From assembly GCF_003918875.1 (NCBI RefSeq), contig NW_025767351.1:186001-250000 (forward strand): 64,000 bases of DNA, read 5' to 3'. A model generated the notes under the pieces. It was not told the origin of the DNA. It made no database searches and saw nothing but the letters and a program-made list of their open reading frames with translations. The stretch is from Haliotis rubra. Its lineage: Eukaryota. Below are positions 63,968 to 64,000 of this stretch, piece after piece. The translations under genes were made by a program, and so were the position numbers. How positions within the stretch are numbered: the first letter of the stretch is position 1; each line of letters starts with the position of its first letter.

Positions 63968-64000
63968 CTGTGAAGAAAGACATTTTGTTACAAGACCAAT

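Overview
Eukaryotic, repeat-rich genomic DNA with two N gaps. The SINE families look molluscan, probably an abalone-like gastropod; this is inferred from memory, not from a search. The window holds two convergent spliced genes. (1) On the + strand, invisible in the ORF track, is a four-coding-exon Rdx-family selenoprotein gene (MIEN1/SELENOW2-like): exons 23713-23780, 29309-29409, 43801-43877 and 45350-45430, giving 108 aa. It has an in-frame UGA in a CxxU motif (C-Y-V-U), a C-terminal CaaX box (CAIL), a stem-loop 7 nt after the UGA, and a canonical SECIS at 45708-45767. (2) On the - strand is the 3' half of a CELF1/2 (Bruno-like) gene: linker and RRM3 exons, a probable 3'UTR intron and a long 3'UTR with no recognisable transposons. 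The rest consists of tRNA-derived SINEs, a second retroposon family with a pseudoknot-like head, a fold-back element with two divergent tRNA-like arms, L2/CR1/RTEX LINE fragments, a Tc1 remnant, several MITEs, a decayed Penelope-type hammerhead ribozyme, many tandem arrays and an intronic tandem duplication. One array repeats AG|GT splice motifs every 50 bp; another is a ~180-bp palindromic satellite.
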